Of a stretch of DNA of 64,000 nt, positions 1-14,120 are shown one piece after another. The stretch is taken from assembly GCF_037042905.1 (NCBI RefSeq), contig NC_087255.1:14074001-14138000 (forward strand), given 5' to 3'. The position numbers and the translations under genes were made by a program. Within the stretch, counting starts at the first letter, position 1. Every line of letters starts with the position of its first letter. The notes beneath the pieces were generated by a model, which searched no databases, was not told the DNA's origin, and saw only the letters and a list, made by a program, of their open reading frames with translations. Origin of the DNA: Lytechinus pictus. Taxonomy: Eukaryota.

Positions 1-42
1 GAGTGTACCATTGTGATCATTATGAAGACGAATCAACATGCA
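1..42 (+). CDS. Exon B0 (partial): end of LDLa module (..VYHCDHYEDESTC)
   Basis: Homologous to later 99-nt LDLa exons; donor GTAAGT at 43. Confidence 0.85.
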
Positions 43-123
43 GTAAGTCAAATAAAGAAAAAAAAAATGTTTTTTTGCCCTTTAAGCACCTATGATTTCA
101 TTTAAAAATTATTTCCATTTTAC

Positions 124-612
124 AGGTCAAGTCCACCCCAGAAAAATGCTGACTTGAATAAATAGAGAAAATCAAACTAGCAAAACGCTGAAAATTTTAG
201 CAAAATCGGATGTAAAATAATAAAGTTATGACGTTTTAAAATTTTGTTTATTTTTCACAAAACAGTGATATGCCATATCCAATGAGACAGTCGATGATGT
301 CCCTCACCCACTATTTCTTTTTTTTTTTTTTTTTTTTACAGATTTGACAATAAGTACCAACCTGACTGAATCATATAGTAGTAAACAATGCTCAGTCATT
401 ATGTTCAGGAAGGAATTAATTTTTTTTTGTATTTTCTTATATGAAATAGGGAATATTTTTCTCTTCATTGTCAAGTGAAACAAGGTTGTTTCACTTGACA
501 ATGAAGAGAAAAATATTCCCTATTTCATATAAGAAAATACAAAAAAATAATGTGTGGATGACGTCATCAGACTCCTCATTTGTATAACCACCAGGATGTG
601 CATATAACTTCA
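124..612. mobile_element. Truncated Kolobok-type MITE (AGGTCAAGTCCACCCC family)
   Basis: Homologous to copies at 13452, 37180-37320 (right end) and 58439. Confidence 0.7.
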
Positions 613-643
613 TAACCTTCCTTTCTCTCGATTTTATTAATAG

Positions 644-988
644 ATTACACTGCGACATATCTGCAATCAGGTGCATCTTATTCAGTCGACATACCACGCA
701 ACTACACAAGACGATTTTACCACGCAACCGTGCTACAAACAAACGATACGAATGGATTTCGAATCGTGTTCCAATATTTATATCTCTATTCTAGTCATCG
801 AATCCAAATAGGGGCAGGTACTGATCCGTCTGATCAACAATCTGTCATCACAACCATCAATGGATATAGAACTTGCTGCCCTGTTGATGTCTACGTAGAG
901 ACCAATAGGATGTGGATTGCTGTCATAGGAGGTCTGACTTACACCAATCTTGAGATTGAAGCGGACATCGTTGCTTTCAACATTTCAA
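644..988 (+). CDS. Exon A1: divergent CUB-like domain
   Basis: TAG acceptor 641-643, GTGAAT donor; 345 nt phase 1-1; FRIVF..IQIGxGxDP..ITTING..MWI motif. Confidence 0.88.
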
Positions 989-1246
989 GTGAATATTGAT
1001 ATTTTACTAGCAGTTTTATATTGTATAAGTATAGAAAAACTCGGTCCTGCCAACTTTCATTAAAAAATTATAAACCGATTAAAATATTAGCCTATTTTAA
1101 AGTAAATGAGATAGAAACACATTGAAATTAAGGATCAAAATGGTTGTGATCAGAAAATGTCAGTACACCTAGAATAAAGCATTGTCTGAATGTTGTGCTC
1201 ACATAGCAGTGCAATTTCTTCCTTCCCCCTTCTTTCTCCTTATCAG

Positions 1247-1345
1247 CTCTGTTTAATTGCCCGAGGAGCAATATGAACGTGTTATCAGATGTGCTGTGTG
1301 ATGGAGTGTATCATTGCGATCATTACGAAGATGAATTGGCATGCA
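1247..1345 (+). CDS. Exon B1: LDLa module (LFNCPRSNMNVLSDVLCDGVYHCDHYEDELAC)
   Basis: Polypyrimidine+CAG, GTAAGT; 99 nt; CDG..C...EDE..C. Confidence 0.9.
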
Positions 1346-2095
1346 GTAAGTCAAATCAAGAAGCATTCCTGTCTCTTGCGTACTTTTTATTCCATTTGCT
1401 TTCTATTTTGAGTAATTATGATTAAAGTATACTGATAGTGACAAAAAAAATCAAAATCAATATTTTGAGTGAAATATATTTGTCATCCGAAGTAGGAAGC
1501 TGGACGACCGCGATCATTCGCTTGCAAACTTACAGTATATACCATCATCTGGCAAATAATGTAGAGCCTGATACTTATGATGTATGAGTACACCTTTATG
1601 GCAGTCACACTGTTTGCTTTCACCCAGGTGTGCAAAAAACTGGTTATCATTATAATAGGCAAAAGCCTATAAATAAGAGAAACAAATAACTTCATCAGAT
1701 TCCCCTATACTTGTATCATTAGTTTTTGTCATTATAAGCCTTCATAAATCATAGAAATAAGGCATGTACTACCACTTGCACCGGAAGCAATGTGTGATTG
1801 GATAACACAGGTGAGTTCACTTTCCACATGTTCCAGGAACGTTAGATTTTTAATATGTTGACGTAAACCAGAACCTCATCTCAGAAAGATTTGTATAACA
1901 TTTAAATCAAACTGAAAATGCATTTAATAAAAAATTCCTTTCACTTAATTATACAGATATGAATCAATTGCAATCTGATTTACACTCCTACAAGCCGTTA
2001 TGAAATAATCGTGTGCTTAATAGACAAGCCGTAAATAAAGAGCAAAATGAGTCTTTAACAGGTTATTGTATGTGTCTTCCTCTGCACCCTCTCAG

Positions 2096-2437
2096 ATTAC
2101 TCAGCGACGTATGTACAATCAGGTGAATCTTATTCAATCGACATACCACGCAACTACACAAGACGATTTTACCACGCAACCTTGCTACAAACAAATGATA
2201 CGAATGGATTTAGAATCGTCTTCCAAAATTTCTATATCAGACATACCAATCAAATCCAAATAGGGACAGGTACTGATCCATCTGATCCAGAGTCTGTCAT
2301 CACAACTCTCTTTGGATATCGAAGCTCTTCTCATGATGTTTATGTGGAGACCAATAAGATGTGGATTTCTGTCATAGGAGGACTGGCTGACACCAATCTC
2401 TTCATAGATGTTGACATCTTTGCTATTGATCTCTCGA
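2096..2437 (+). CDS. Exon A2: CUB-like domain
   Basis: CAG acceptor, GTAAAT donor; 342 nt; open frame. Confidence 0.87.
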
Positions 2438-2796
2438 GTAAATAAATTTCATGCGACTTCACTTTCGTGGAGTTATATGGTATATAATTGGTAGGGCAAA
2501 GTTCAAAACATGAAATGTAACCACTTTAATGTTGAGTAATGAATCAAATCTTTAAAGATTGTCAAAACCTGCCACTTTTCACGCAAAAATTATAAAATTG
2601 ATGAGAATAAAACCTTTTCGACGGTAGTATGAGGGGTATGAGTAATATATCTAACAAAAATAAAACAAAACAGTAACACGGGTAGATTGAAGGTAGCAGT
2701 TGTAATCAGCAAATGCCATTGAATAATGCATTGTTATAACTTTCTGCTCATATAGCCGTACGATCTTTTCCTTCCCTTCTTTCTCCTCCAAATCAG

Positions 2797-2895
2797 CTCT
2801 TTTTAGCTGCCCAGTGAGCAATATGAACGTGTCATCAGATGTTCTATGTGATGGAGTGTACGATTGCGATCATTATGATGATGAATTGGCATGCA
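2797..2895 (+). CDS. Exon B2: LDLa module
   Basis: CAG/GTAAGT; 99 nt; LFSCPVSNMNVSSDVLCDGVYDCDHYDDELAC. Confidence 0.9.
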
Positions 2896-3848
2896 GTAAG
2901 TCAAATATAGAAGCATTCCTGTCCATATTGCGTACTTTTTATTTCATTTGCTTTCTAATTTGAGTAATAATGATTAAAGTATACTGATAATGAAAAAAAA
3001 AATCAAAATCAATATTTTGAGTGATATATAATTGTGATCCGAAGTAGGAAACTGAACGACCGCGATGTTTCGGTGGCAAACTGACAGTACCATCATTTGC
3101 TATAAATGTAGAGCTTGATACTTGATTTTTGAGTACACCAATATGGCCGTCACTCTGTTTGCTTTGCAAAACTGGTTATCATTATAATAGGCAAAGGCAT
3201 ATAAATAAGAGAAACATACCTTAATCAGATTCCCCTATACTTGTATCATTAGTCATTGTCATTATAAGCCTTCATAAAATCCTAGTAATAAGGCATGCAC
3301 TACCACTTGCACTGGAAATATTGTGTGATTCGATAACACAGGTGAGTGCACTTTCCACATGTTCCAGGAACGTTTAACTTTTAATGTGTAGAAGATAAAC
3401 CAGGACCTCATCTCACAAAGATTTGTGAAACATTTCAATCGAACTGAAAATGCATTTGATAAAGATTCCCTTCACTTAATTATACAGATATAAATCAATT
3501 GCAATCTGAGATTGTATGATATGATTTACACTCCTTGTAAGTGCCGGGCTAGCGACAAGCCGTTATGAAATAATCGCGTGCTCAATAGACGACAAGCCGT
3601 AAATTAGAAGCAATCTTAGTCAAAATGAGTCTTTAACAGGTTATTGTATATGTTTCTTCCTCTGAACCATCTTAGATTATCCAGCGACGTATCTGCCATA
3701 AGGTGAATCACATTAAATCTACATACCACGCAATAGTAATGGAATGTTGTCACACTGTGTATCACAGTGTTGTGATTGTGTTTTCTTTTTGGTAGGTTGG
3801 GTCAAACATCTTATTCATTACCTTCATTTCTCTCGATTTTATACATAG

Positions 3849-4193
3849 ATTACACTACGACGTATCTGCAATCAGGTGAATCTCATTCAATCGACATACC
3901 ACGCAACTACACAAGACGATTTTACCACGCAACCGTGCTGCAAACAAACGATACGAATGGATTTCGAATCGTGTTCCAAGATTTCTATATCAGATCTACC
4001 AATCAACTCCGAATTGGGACAGGTTCTGATCCCTCTGATCCAGAGACTGTCATCACAACTATCTATGGAACTACATATTGCTGTCCCTGGGATGTCTACA
4101 TAGAGTCCAATGAGATGTGGATTGGTGTCATAGGAGGACTTTATGACACCACTCTTGAGATTGATGCAGACATCGTTGCTTTTGACCTTTCAA
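3849..4193 (+). CDS. Exon A3: CUB-like domain
   Basis: TAG/GTAAAT; 345 nt; within ORF 3776..4273. Confidence 0.87.
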
Positions 4194-4466
4194 GTAAATA
4201 TGATATTTTAACCAGTGTTATATCAAGTATAGAAAAACTGGGGCCTCTCAACTTTCATTTAAAACAATTATAAACCGATTAAAATAGTAGCCTTTTGTAA
4301 AGTAGTATGATGATTACATTAACTAAAGAGAGACAGAAACAAAGGGCAATTGAGGATATAAATTGTTGAGATCAGGAAATGTCAGTAGACCTACAATAAT
4401 GCATTGTGTGAATTTTGTGCTCACATAGCAGTGCATTTTTTCCTTTCCATTTTTACTCCCTATCAG

Positions 4467-4565
4467 CCCTGTTTGATTGCCCGAGGAGCAATATGAACGT
4501 GTCATCAGATGTTCTGTGTGATGGAGTGTACCATTGCGATTATTATGAAGATGAATCGGCATGCA
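4467..4565 (+). CDS. Exon B3: LDLa module
   Basis: CAG/GTAAGT; 99 nt. Confidence 0.9.
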
Positions 4566-5514
4566 GTAAGTAAAATATGGAAGCATCCCTGCCTCTTGCG
4601 TACTTTTTATTTCATTTGCTTTCTAATTTGAGTAATAATAATTAAATCATACTGATAATTTAAAAAAAAATATCAAAATCAATATTTTGAGTGATATATA
4701 GTTGTCATCCGAAGTAGGAAACTGAACGACCGCGATGTTTCGGTGGCAAACTGACAGTACCATCATTTGCTAATGTAGAGCTTGATACTTGATGTACGAG
4801 TACGCCATTATGGCCGTCACTTTGATAACTTTGCAAAACAGGTTATCATTATAATAGGCAAAGGCCTATAAATTAGAGAAACATATACCTTAATCAAATT
4901 CCCCTATACTTGTATCATTAGTCATTGTCATTATAAGCCTTCATAAAATCATAGTAATAAGGCATGCACTACCACTTGCACTGGAAGCATTGTGATTGGA
5001 TAACACAGGTAGGTGCACTTTCCACATGTTCCAGGAACGTTTGAATTTTAATGTGTAGAAGATAACCAGGACCTCGTCTCACAAAGATTTGTGAAACATT
5101 TCAATCAAACTGAAAATGCATTTGATAAAGATTCCCTTCACTCAATTATACAGATATAAGTTAATTGCAATCTGAGATTGTATGATATGATTTACACTCC
5201 TTGTAAGTGCCGGGCTAGCGACAAGCCGTTATGAAATAATCGCGTGCTCAATAGACGACAAGCCGTAAATTAGAAGCAATCTTAGTCAAAATGAGTCTTT
5301 AACAGGTTATTGTATATGTTTCTTCCTCTGAACCATCTTAGATTATCCAGCGACGTATCTGCCATAAGGTGAATCACATTAGATCTACATACCACGCAAT
5401 AGTAATGGAATGTTGTCACACTGTGTATCACAGTGTTGTGATTGTGTTTTCTTTTTGGTAGGTTGGGTCAAACATCTTATTCATTACCTTCATTTCTCTC
5501 GATTTTATACATAG

Positions 5515-5859
5515 ATTACACTACGACGTATCTGCAATCAGGTGAATCTCATTCAATCGACATACCACGCAACTACACAAGACGATTTTACCACGCAACC
5601 GTGCTGCAAACAAACGATACGAATGGATTTCGAATCGTGTTCCAAGATTTCTATATCAGATCTACCAATCAACTCCAAATTGGGACAGGTACTGATCCCT
5701 CTGATCCAGAGTCTGTCATCACAACTATCTATGGAACTACATATTGCTGTCCCTGGGATGTCTACATAGAGTCCAATGAGATGTGGATTGGTGTCATAGG
5801 AGGACTTTATGACACCACTCTTGAGATTGATGCGGACATCGTTGCTTTTGACCTTTCAA
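5515..5859 (+). CDS. Exon A4: CUB-like domain (near-identical to A3)
   Basis: TAG/GTAAAT; 345 nt. Confidence 0.85.
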
Positions 5860-6132
5860 GTAAATATGATATTTTAACCAGTGTTATATCAAGTATAGAA
5901 AAACTGGGGCCTCTCAACTTTCATTTAAAAAAATAATAAACCGATTAAAATAGTAGCCTTTTGTAAAGTAGTATGATGATTACATTAACTAAAGAGAGAC
6001 AGAAACAAAGGGCAAATGAGGATAGAAATTGTTGAGATCAGGAAATGTCAGTAGACCTACAATAATGCATTGTGTGAATTTTGTGCTCACATAGCAGTGC
6101 ATTTTTTGCTTTTCATTTTTACTCCCTATCAG

Positions 6133-6231
6133 CCCTGTTTGATTGCCCGAGGAGCAATATGAACGTGTCATCAGATGTTCTGTGTGATGGAGTGTACCAT
6201 TGCGATTATTATGAAGATGAATCGGCATGCA
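6133..6231 (+). CDS. Exon B4: LDLa module
   Basis: CAG/GTAAGT; 99 nt. Confidence 0.88.
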
Positions 6232-8570
6232 GTAAGTAAAATATGGAAGCATTCCTGCCTCTTGCGTACTTTTTATTTCATTTGCTTTCTAATTTGAGTA
6301 ATAATAATTAAATTATACTGATAATGAAAACAAAAATCAGAATCAATATTTTGAGTGATATATAGTTGTCATCCGAAGTAGGAAACTGAACGACCGCGAT
6401 GTTTCGGTGGCAAACTGACAGTACCATCATTTGCTAATGTAGAGCCTGATACTTGATGTACGAGTACACCATTATGGCCGTCACTTTGATTGCTTTGCAA
6501 AACAGGTTATCATTATAATAGGCAAAGGCCTATAAATTAGAGAAACATATACCTAAATCCAATTCCCCTATACTTGTATCATTAGTCATTGTCATTATAA
6601 GCCTTCATAAAATCATAGTAATAAGGCATGCACTACCACTTGCACTGGAAGCATTGTGATTGGATAACACAGGTGGGTGCACTTTCCACATGTTCCAGGA
6701 ACGTTTAACTTTTAATGTGTAGAAGATAACCAGGACCTCGTCTCACAAAGATTTGTGAAACATTTCAATCAAACTGAAAATGCATTTGATAAAGATTCCC
6801 TTCACTCAATTATACAAATATAAGTTAATTGCAATCTGAGATTGTATGATATGATTTACACTCCTCGTTAAGTGCCGCGCTAGCGACAAGCCGTTATGAA
6901 ATAATCGCGTGCTCAATAGACGACAAGCCGTAAATTAGAAGCATTGTTGGTCAAAATGAGTCTTTAAAGCTCGTGGATAGTGTTGGTAAAGGATACAAAA
7001 ATTCCACTTGAATTGATCTTTTCCATTGAATAACAATTGCTGATAATAGTTCAATGAGAAATTGATAAAATTTCTTCTTGGAAATATTAAAATTTCAAAT
7101 AAACACTGAGAAATGAAATCATTTTCCTCGCTGAATTTAAACAGCATTTGGCTGAATTTACGGGCACTCACATAGCGCCCACTATCGTCCACGACTGATT
7201 TTCCCACCTGTTCGCCGATCGCTGGCCATTCCACTTTTACCAACCCGAAATATCCCTGCGAGCGTAGTCTGCTAATTCCGTGTGTACGCTCGCCAGTCGT
7301 TGTTATACCATGGTATCCGTCGAGTTTCTCCCCCAGCGAGTTCGGCGAGGAGCACAGTACAGGCAACGGTAACATTGTAAATAGATTGGTTAGAGAATAA
7401 ACCGGGATAATAATATAAAATATGTGGACTTACTTACCCTTATGATGTCCCTCCAACCTGTAGTTCACATGTTACTTAAGTTTGTTTTGACGTTCATGTA
7501 AACGTATATTCATGAAAACGTATTGGAGATGTTTCTGTGAAAATTTTGGCTACAAATTTTCTCGTGCGACAAGATGCAAGATTGGTTGAACCACGGGATA
7601 CATTGCACTACACTGCGACCGACATTGGCCACGCTCGCTGAGCAAAACATTCACATACACATTTTTGCGGGTATGACATTATCTTTATGGTGTACGATGA
7701 TTGTGGTCATGTTTTTCACGTCATATTTCAACGCATGCATTGGGGAAGGGAAATGGGAAGAAAAAGGGAGAAAAGAAAGAAAGGGAAAAGTAAACAAAAG
7801 GAAGAAAACAAGAAAAGGAAAAGAAAGAACATGGAGAGAAGAAAGGGAAGGAAAAGGAGGAGACTGATGTCGGCCTACTAGTGAGAAAGAACACTCGCGA
7901 AATACTAATAAATGATGGGGATTAAAAATATATATACATAAGAGATTGGAAAATGGAACGGGAATTTATCTCGGGAATGGGAAGGAAATGAGGCATAAGG
8001 AAACAGTAAGTTAGAATGGAACGAGCTAATATGATAGCAGGGGCGGATCCAGCTTTCGCCAATAATGGGGGGGGGGAATTTTTTCATCCATATTTTCCAC
8101 GATCGACCGCTATAAGCAGGAGGGGGGGGGCTGGGCACTTTTTTTCCAAAACCGTGTACAAAAACGTAAAAATTACCATAGGATTGTGATTTTTTGCGTG
8201 GTCAGCCCCACCCCCCCCCCCCGACTTTGCAAACCGTTCCGCGGCCCCTGTAACAGTCAGCTTTATTCTTATAAAACAACATAAATGTATATTCCTATAA
8301 GTCCTGTTCAAAAGTACGAGCGTATAAAGTGAGAGCTAAATTTTTTTTGAAATGTCATATTTTTCCTGAAAAAAAAAGTTCTGAGTAATGTTTTTGATCC
8401 TGAGCAAGATTCGTACAACTAATAACTACTGCGAACATGAACGTGAAGCGCGAGCCTGATAGAAAAGGACCAGTTCTGATTGCAGTATAGCCATGACGAT
8501 ACGTAGGCCTATTTCAACAATCGAATAATGTGAGTGCGAAGTGCGAGCCGATCATTTTTTACATTCAAAC

Positions 8571-8837
8571 CGCTAGCGTACCTACGGGGGGGGGGGGCAG
8601 TCTGTCCCCCTGACGAGCCACAACCCATGCAAAAGACGTATCCCTGCCCCCCCCCCCTCAGTGACGAGCTTGAAAGACCTGTTTTGCCCCCCCCCCCCCT
8701 GACAGATTTGAAGACATTTATTGCCCCCCTGACGAGCTTGAAGACCTTTTTTTTTTTTTTTTTTTTTGCTTGTCAAATTTTTTGGCGGAGGGTTTTGCCC
8801 CCCCCCCCCCCTGTGGAAAATCCTAGGAACGCCACTG
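8571..8837. mobile_element. hAT-type MITE with 8-bp TSD ATTCAAAC
   Basis: TSD at 8563-8570 and 8838-8845; TIR-like C(G/A)STRGCGT..CTA; second copy 14121-14366. Confidence 0.8.
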
Positions 8838-9755
8838 ATTCAAACCAAGAAAATTGACATTCTAAGCATTTTTTGTATTCCTGAACTGGATAGGTATATA
8901 ACTAAACAATACGAGCGCTAAGCGCGATGGGAAAAAAATGAGATTTAGAGCTAAAAACGAGACACTATACTAGCATGACTAGTATTCGTATTTTGTAATT
9001 CGTGAAGATGGGTATAATTAGTTATCTTCCTACATCTATAAGTGCGAGCAGAAAATTTTTGATATTTTGATCTGAAAACGTCAATATAAGCACTAGTTTC
9101 AAACAATGAAAATGAAAATTGTAAATTGGAGTTGGATCGCACTTAAGATTCGAGCGCGAAGCGCGAGCTGATATTCTAAGGACATTTTGTCATCATATGA
9201 AAATGGTAATTATCTTCCTATTAGTCTCCCTAATCACGAGATGAAACTTGTCGACATTCTGAAAAAAGGACAATATAATTGTTGGGAATTCATGAAATTG
9301 TTATCTTATTTACTACTCTGATAAGCCCGATGAGAGCGAGAAATTAGTTGATATCAAGTTCGGAAAACTGGATATTCTTAGCATTTTTGTATTAATGAAT
9401 AGAAGGCATTGGTTGATACATCTTTAACAATTAATGCAAGCACAAATCACGAACCGAAAATTTTGATAAATTGTCATGAAAAGGGATTTAGAATAGTTTG
9501 TTATAGAGTTAAATTTCTCACCAATCAAAATGCGAGCGCGCATCGCTAGCTGATAGGTTTTGACAATTAGACATGAAAAGGAATATTTTGAGAATTTATG
9601 GAATATATGAGAACTAGAGAATGGGTACTTGACAAATAATGCTAGCTAGCGCGTAGCGTGAGCTGCATTGATAATGAGACCATAAAACGGATTACGGCTG
9701 CACATTAAAAGAAAATGTAAATCAAACAAAATAATAACGGCTCGATGTCCGAGCT

Positions 9756-9976
9756 NNNNNNNNNNNNNNNNNNNNNNNNNNNNNNNNNNNNNNNNNNNNN
9801 NNNNNNNNNNNNNNNNNNNNNNNNNNNNNNNNNNNNNNNNNNNNNNNNNNNNNNNNNNNNNNNNNNNNNNNNNNNNNNNNNNNNNNNNNNNNNNNNNNNN
9901 NNNNNNNNNNNNNNNNNNNNNNNNNNNNNNNNNNNNNNNNNNNNNNNNNNNNNNNNNNNNNNNNNNNNNNNNNNNA
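9756..9976. other. Assembly gap (221 N)
   Basis: Run of n. Confidence 1.
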
Positions 9977-11617
9977 GATTTGTATCTCGACATCAAACAT
10001 GCGAGCGCGAGCGAAAAACTTATATAATGATATGAAAGATTCTTTTTTTTCCAAGCCTTCCCCTCACCTTATTTTATTTACTTGCCTTTCTCCTCTATCC
10101 CCCATTCTTTTTCTCTCCTCTTTTTTCCCTTTTCCTTTTTTAGAATTTTCCTTTTTTCGTTTTCTTCATTTTACTTTTTTCGTTTTTTCCGCCACTATAG
10201 GGGGACCCGGGTACTTCGCCCCCTAGATCGGCCTATGTGATAGCGATGAAGCTGAATTGAAAAATGAAGAGAAGGGATTAAGGAAAAGTGGAATTGGGCC
10301 CATAAAGACACATCCGGATTGACGTTTGAGGATTATTAAAAAAAAAAAAAGAACGGGAGTAAAAAAATGTGATGACGTATGTGCCATGAAGTCTATATCC
10401 TATTTAATGCTAAATCCTAGCCAAAGAATTTGGGGGCATACCCCCCCCCCCCCCCCCATTTTCGCTTTCACCGCCGTGTATGTATGGGTGTCCAGTGTTG
10501 GTCTTCCCGGGGTTGGATAACTGACACAGTTAAGTTTGGTCCCTGATGTGAGTATTTCTTTTTTACATTTAGGCCTATTATCTATCATTATCATTATGAT
10601 TATTTTTTTTTGAGGGGGGGGGGGGGTGTCAGTTCCATAACCAGTCTAAAATTTGTATGGGGGACAGAATTGCACAAAAGGATAAAATTATTAATAGAAA
10701 AGCTGCGATCGAGCGAGCAATTTTTTTTACCCTTTGAATTCAATACAAAAATGTAACTTTGTGTTCAGTATATTTTGACGTGATACTTGTCATGTCATGT
10801 TTCACCCTTCTCTTTTACTATTCTTTTCTCTTCAAGGGGGGGGGGGCAATGCACCAGGATGGGGGTAGACCAAGACTGAGTGTTATAAGGATTATATCAG
10901 CAATGCTAGCGCGAGTTTAGATGCTACCAGAATCATGATCATAATAATAATGTTACTCCCTCCTTATCATGATCATACTTGTCATTATAATTCATAAAAA
11001 ATTATGTCGTTCGAAGTAAGGGAAGTTTATCATGTTAATGTATCCCCTATCACCATGGATCGACACTCACCACCCCCCCCCCCTCCCCCGAACTCTGAGC
11101 AATTCCTGGAGGGTAGTGATGGAGCCGGACTCGTATTATTTTAGAGAAAAATGGGGAAAGGGGAGTATAGGGAGTGTGCATGCGCGTAAATGGATCTCAA
11201 TTTATTTGAAAGGGGGAAGAGGTCATCTATGTCAACTAGTGGGTTATTCATGTTTCATTCTAGGTGTTTTTTGTACAGTGTAGTGTAATTTTAGGGTATA
11301 TCCAAGGAGATATCACCTCTAAAAGTTAGAGGTGATATCTCCTTGGTATATCTTAATTTTTGGATGTATATGGGAATTCATGAATATGGTATTATGAAAA
11401 ATGATAGAAATTAAGTGCAAGAGATGTTTCTTTTATCATTTTCTTCCCTAACTCATCTTTTCATTCCCTCCCTCTTCTTTTTTTTTACTGAGCTTCCCTT
11501 TTCGCCGCCAATAGAGGGGGGGCCTAACTGGCCGCTTCGCCCCCATGGATTTGAAAGCCTTGCCTATATACATAATGATCCTGTCTTCATTACAGAATAT
11601 TTTCACTTTAAATTTCC

Positions 11618-12600
11618 ACAAAGGCGGATTTAGGGGGGCGAGGGAGTAGGACCGTCCCCCTTTTTGGCGGAGCAAAAGCAAAATGAAAAAAAGGGGGAAA
11701 GAAACAAAAACGAAAAAGAAGGGGGAAAAGAAATAAGTGAAATATGAGGAGGAAGACGAATGAATAAAATAAGATGAGGGGAAGACTTGGAAAATAAAAC
11801 AAATCTTTCATGTCACTTGATAAAATTTTTGCTCACTGTTCGTGCTCGTATAGCCTGGTAGGTTATTTACATATCATGCACAATATGGACTTTGAAGTAT
11901 CAAATTTTAAAGTCAATATACAGAACATACTTATGCTCAGTAATCGAACTTTCATTTCAAAAGTTACAAATTGATTGTTCTGTAAAAATGTCACTTTTAT
12001 GGTCTGAATATTAGTATCTTCTACTCGCGCTGTGTAAAATTTGATTGGTTTATAGGTAGGCCTATATACCTATATTATTTTCCAGGTCTACCTATACGCT
12101 CGCGCTTCGCTCTCGCATCATTGTTCAGTGATATACCTATCCTGTTCACGTTTACAAAAAAAAACTTAGAATTTCCCTTCTTTAGGTAAAAAACATTGCG
12201 CTCGCACCATTTTATTGTTGAAACATGTAACGCATTCATTGCTAACTGCAAGAAGTCCTTGACAAAAAAAAATTCTACTCACTCTTCCAGTAATTATTTG
12301 CATACACAATGTGTTCAGGACCACAAACATTGCCTAGAATGATCAAATTTTAGGACAAAACACATACAATTTCAAAAGCAAAATTCGTTCGCGCTTCGCG
12401 CTCGAACTATTCAGATAAGGCTTATGAGATTATTATATATTCTTGCTGATTTTTAAGAATAAAGGTAGAGAGGTGCACTGTTAGGGCTATACCCCTTCAA
12501 ATAAACATACACAAATCAACTTCGAGCTGCCGATCGGGGAAAATATGGCAGAAACATATATGATCCGCCCCCGATCAGCGAAGGCTGGATCCGTGTCTGT
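11618..12600 (-). mobile_element. hAT-like element, GCGCTTCGCGCTCGC family
   Basis: Inverted homolog of 8038-10237. Confidence 0.55.
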
Positions 12601-13451
12601 ATCCGATATATTATTTGTAAAGATGCCTCTACAAAGGAGCTATGTAGTCCTTTACTAAATTGTATTTCTGCTCATACTCATCAGAAAGGTCCAAATTGGA
12701 AACTCGAAACTGAGCATGTACCCATTGCCATTTTGCCAGGGTATAGGTGCATGAACAACTTTTGTTTCTTAGCAATCGATTTATCAGTATAGTTGATGTA
12801 ATTTTCAGTCCATATCAAATTGGAAAGAATGTGTCAGGCAAGCTCCCAATTTATAGTAAAACGGTTCTTATAAAATTTTACGTTGTGAAGAAAGTTTGAA
12901 TATGGTCACTCGTTTCGTGTTAGATGTCAAGTAAGATTTTTATTTTATTTTATTGGAACGGGTAAAATGAACATTGAGCATTGTCACAGCACCCCCAGTA
13001 ACAATAAAGATCATCCTCCGTGGCCAGGTCCATGATTATTTCAATGCACTATATGAATTTTGTTGCAATAATTTAGGCCGATAACGCAACATATTTTTTT
13101 ACAGCTTTTCTCTCATAAATTCAGTCCGATTGACAATATCCGGATATTTATCCATTTTATAATGAGGGACGTACGTATATGTGCATGACTTGTTTGTCAA
13201 GTTAGAAACGGAAAGTTGCAATAAAGTTTTGAAGGCTCCATCATTGTCAGAACAAATTCCCAACGACGCGATCTAGCCCCCCCCCCCCTTTCTTCAGTTC
13301 TTTCTTTCTTTATCTACTAATTTCTGTCTTGCATTTTTCCTTCTCGTTCTCAGTTTCTTCTTGCTTATAAATGACTTGAAAATCAGTGCTTATAATTAAA
13401 TCATTGTCACTAGCTGCAATTTTTGCACCGCGCACATGGTTCAATGTTTAA

Positions 13452-13940
13452 AGGTCCCGTCCACCCCAGAAAGTGTTGATTTGAATCAATTAATAGAAAA
13501 AAATCTAGCAAGCATGATTTTGAAAATGTCACCAAAACCGGATGTGAAATGAATGAAATGAAATTGTTTGAATTATATAATCTTAGAGATTTGAAAATAA
13601 GGACCAACTTGACTGCAACCATTAAAATGTAATCCACAACGGTTATTCCACATATTCAGGAACAAATAACACTTTTTGTCACATTTCAATGAGGAGGAAA
13701 TTAGATAGTCATATTGCATATACAACTAAAAGAGGTGTATGCCGTCATCAGTCATATACAGAACAGGATGTGCATATAAATTACTGTTCTGTGAAATTAT
13801 GAACATACACAAATCTTACATCCGATTATCATGATCATAAAATCATAATCATAACAAAAAAATTCATCCGATTTTGATGAAATGTTCAGTGCTTGGATTT
13901 TTCTTTTTATTCAAATAAACCTTGGGATGGACTCCACCGA
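13452..13940. mobile_element. Kolobok-type MITE copy
   Basis: TTAA|AGGTCCCGTCCACCCC start; long imperfect inverted arms. Confidence 0.65.
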
Positions 13941-14120
13941 CTCCATTGGACTTCGTTCAATCGATCGCTGTGCTTCCTTTATGTGGATACAAAACATATA
14001 TTTGGACGGTTAGTAGCAGATCAAGTGACAGTTTGCCATATTTTTCCACATGAATATGACCCCGCCCCCAAAAAAACACGTTATAAAAATATATATCTCA
14101 TTCGAGTCTAAAGTATATAG

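Larger units (their letters stand above)
2797..6967 (+). repeat. Recent intragenic tandem duplication, ~1,666-bp unit (exons plus introns)
   Basis: A3 3849 vs A4 5515 and B3 4467 vs B4 6133; introns align almost base for base; related units at 644-2895 and 16059-18088. Confidence 0.93.
8038..10237 (+). mobile_element. hAT-like non-autonomous element with internal GCGAGCGCGAAGCGCGAGC-type modules
   Basis: CAGGGGCGGATCC terminus; degenerate right end; related inverted copies at 11618-12600 and 49904-53261. Confidence 0.6.

Noticed and set aside
3876-4586. Recurring alternate-frame (MNLIQSTYH..) and antisense (MLPYFTYC..) ORFs
   Set aside because: Shadows of duplicated exons; they recur only because the DNA is duplicated.
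6935-7375. 146-aa ORF as a Kolobok transposase
   Set aside because: No DDE or THAP motif recognised, and it runs out past the element terminus.
9646-10054. ORFs spanning X runs
   Set aside because: Artefact of the N gap.
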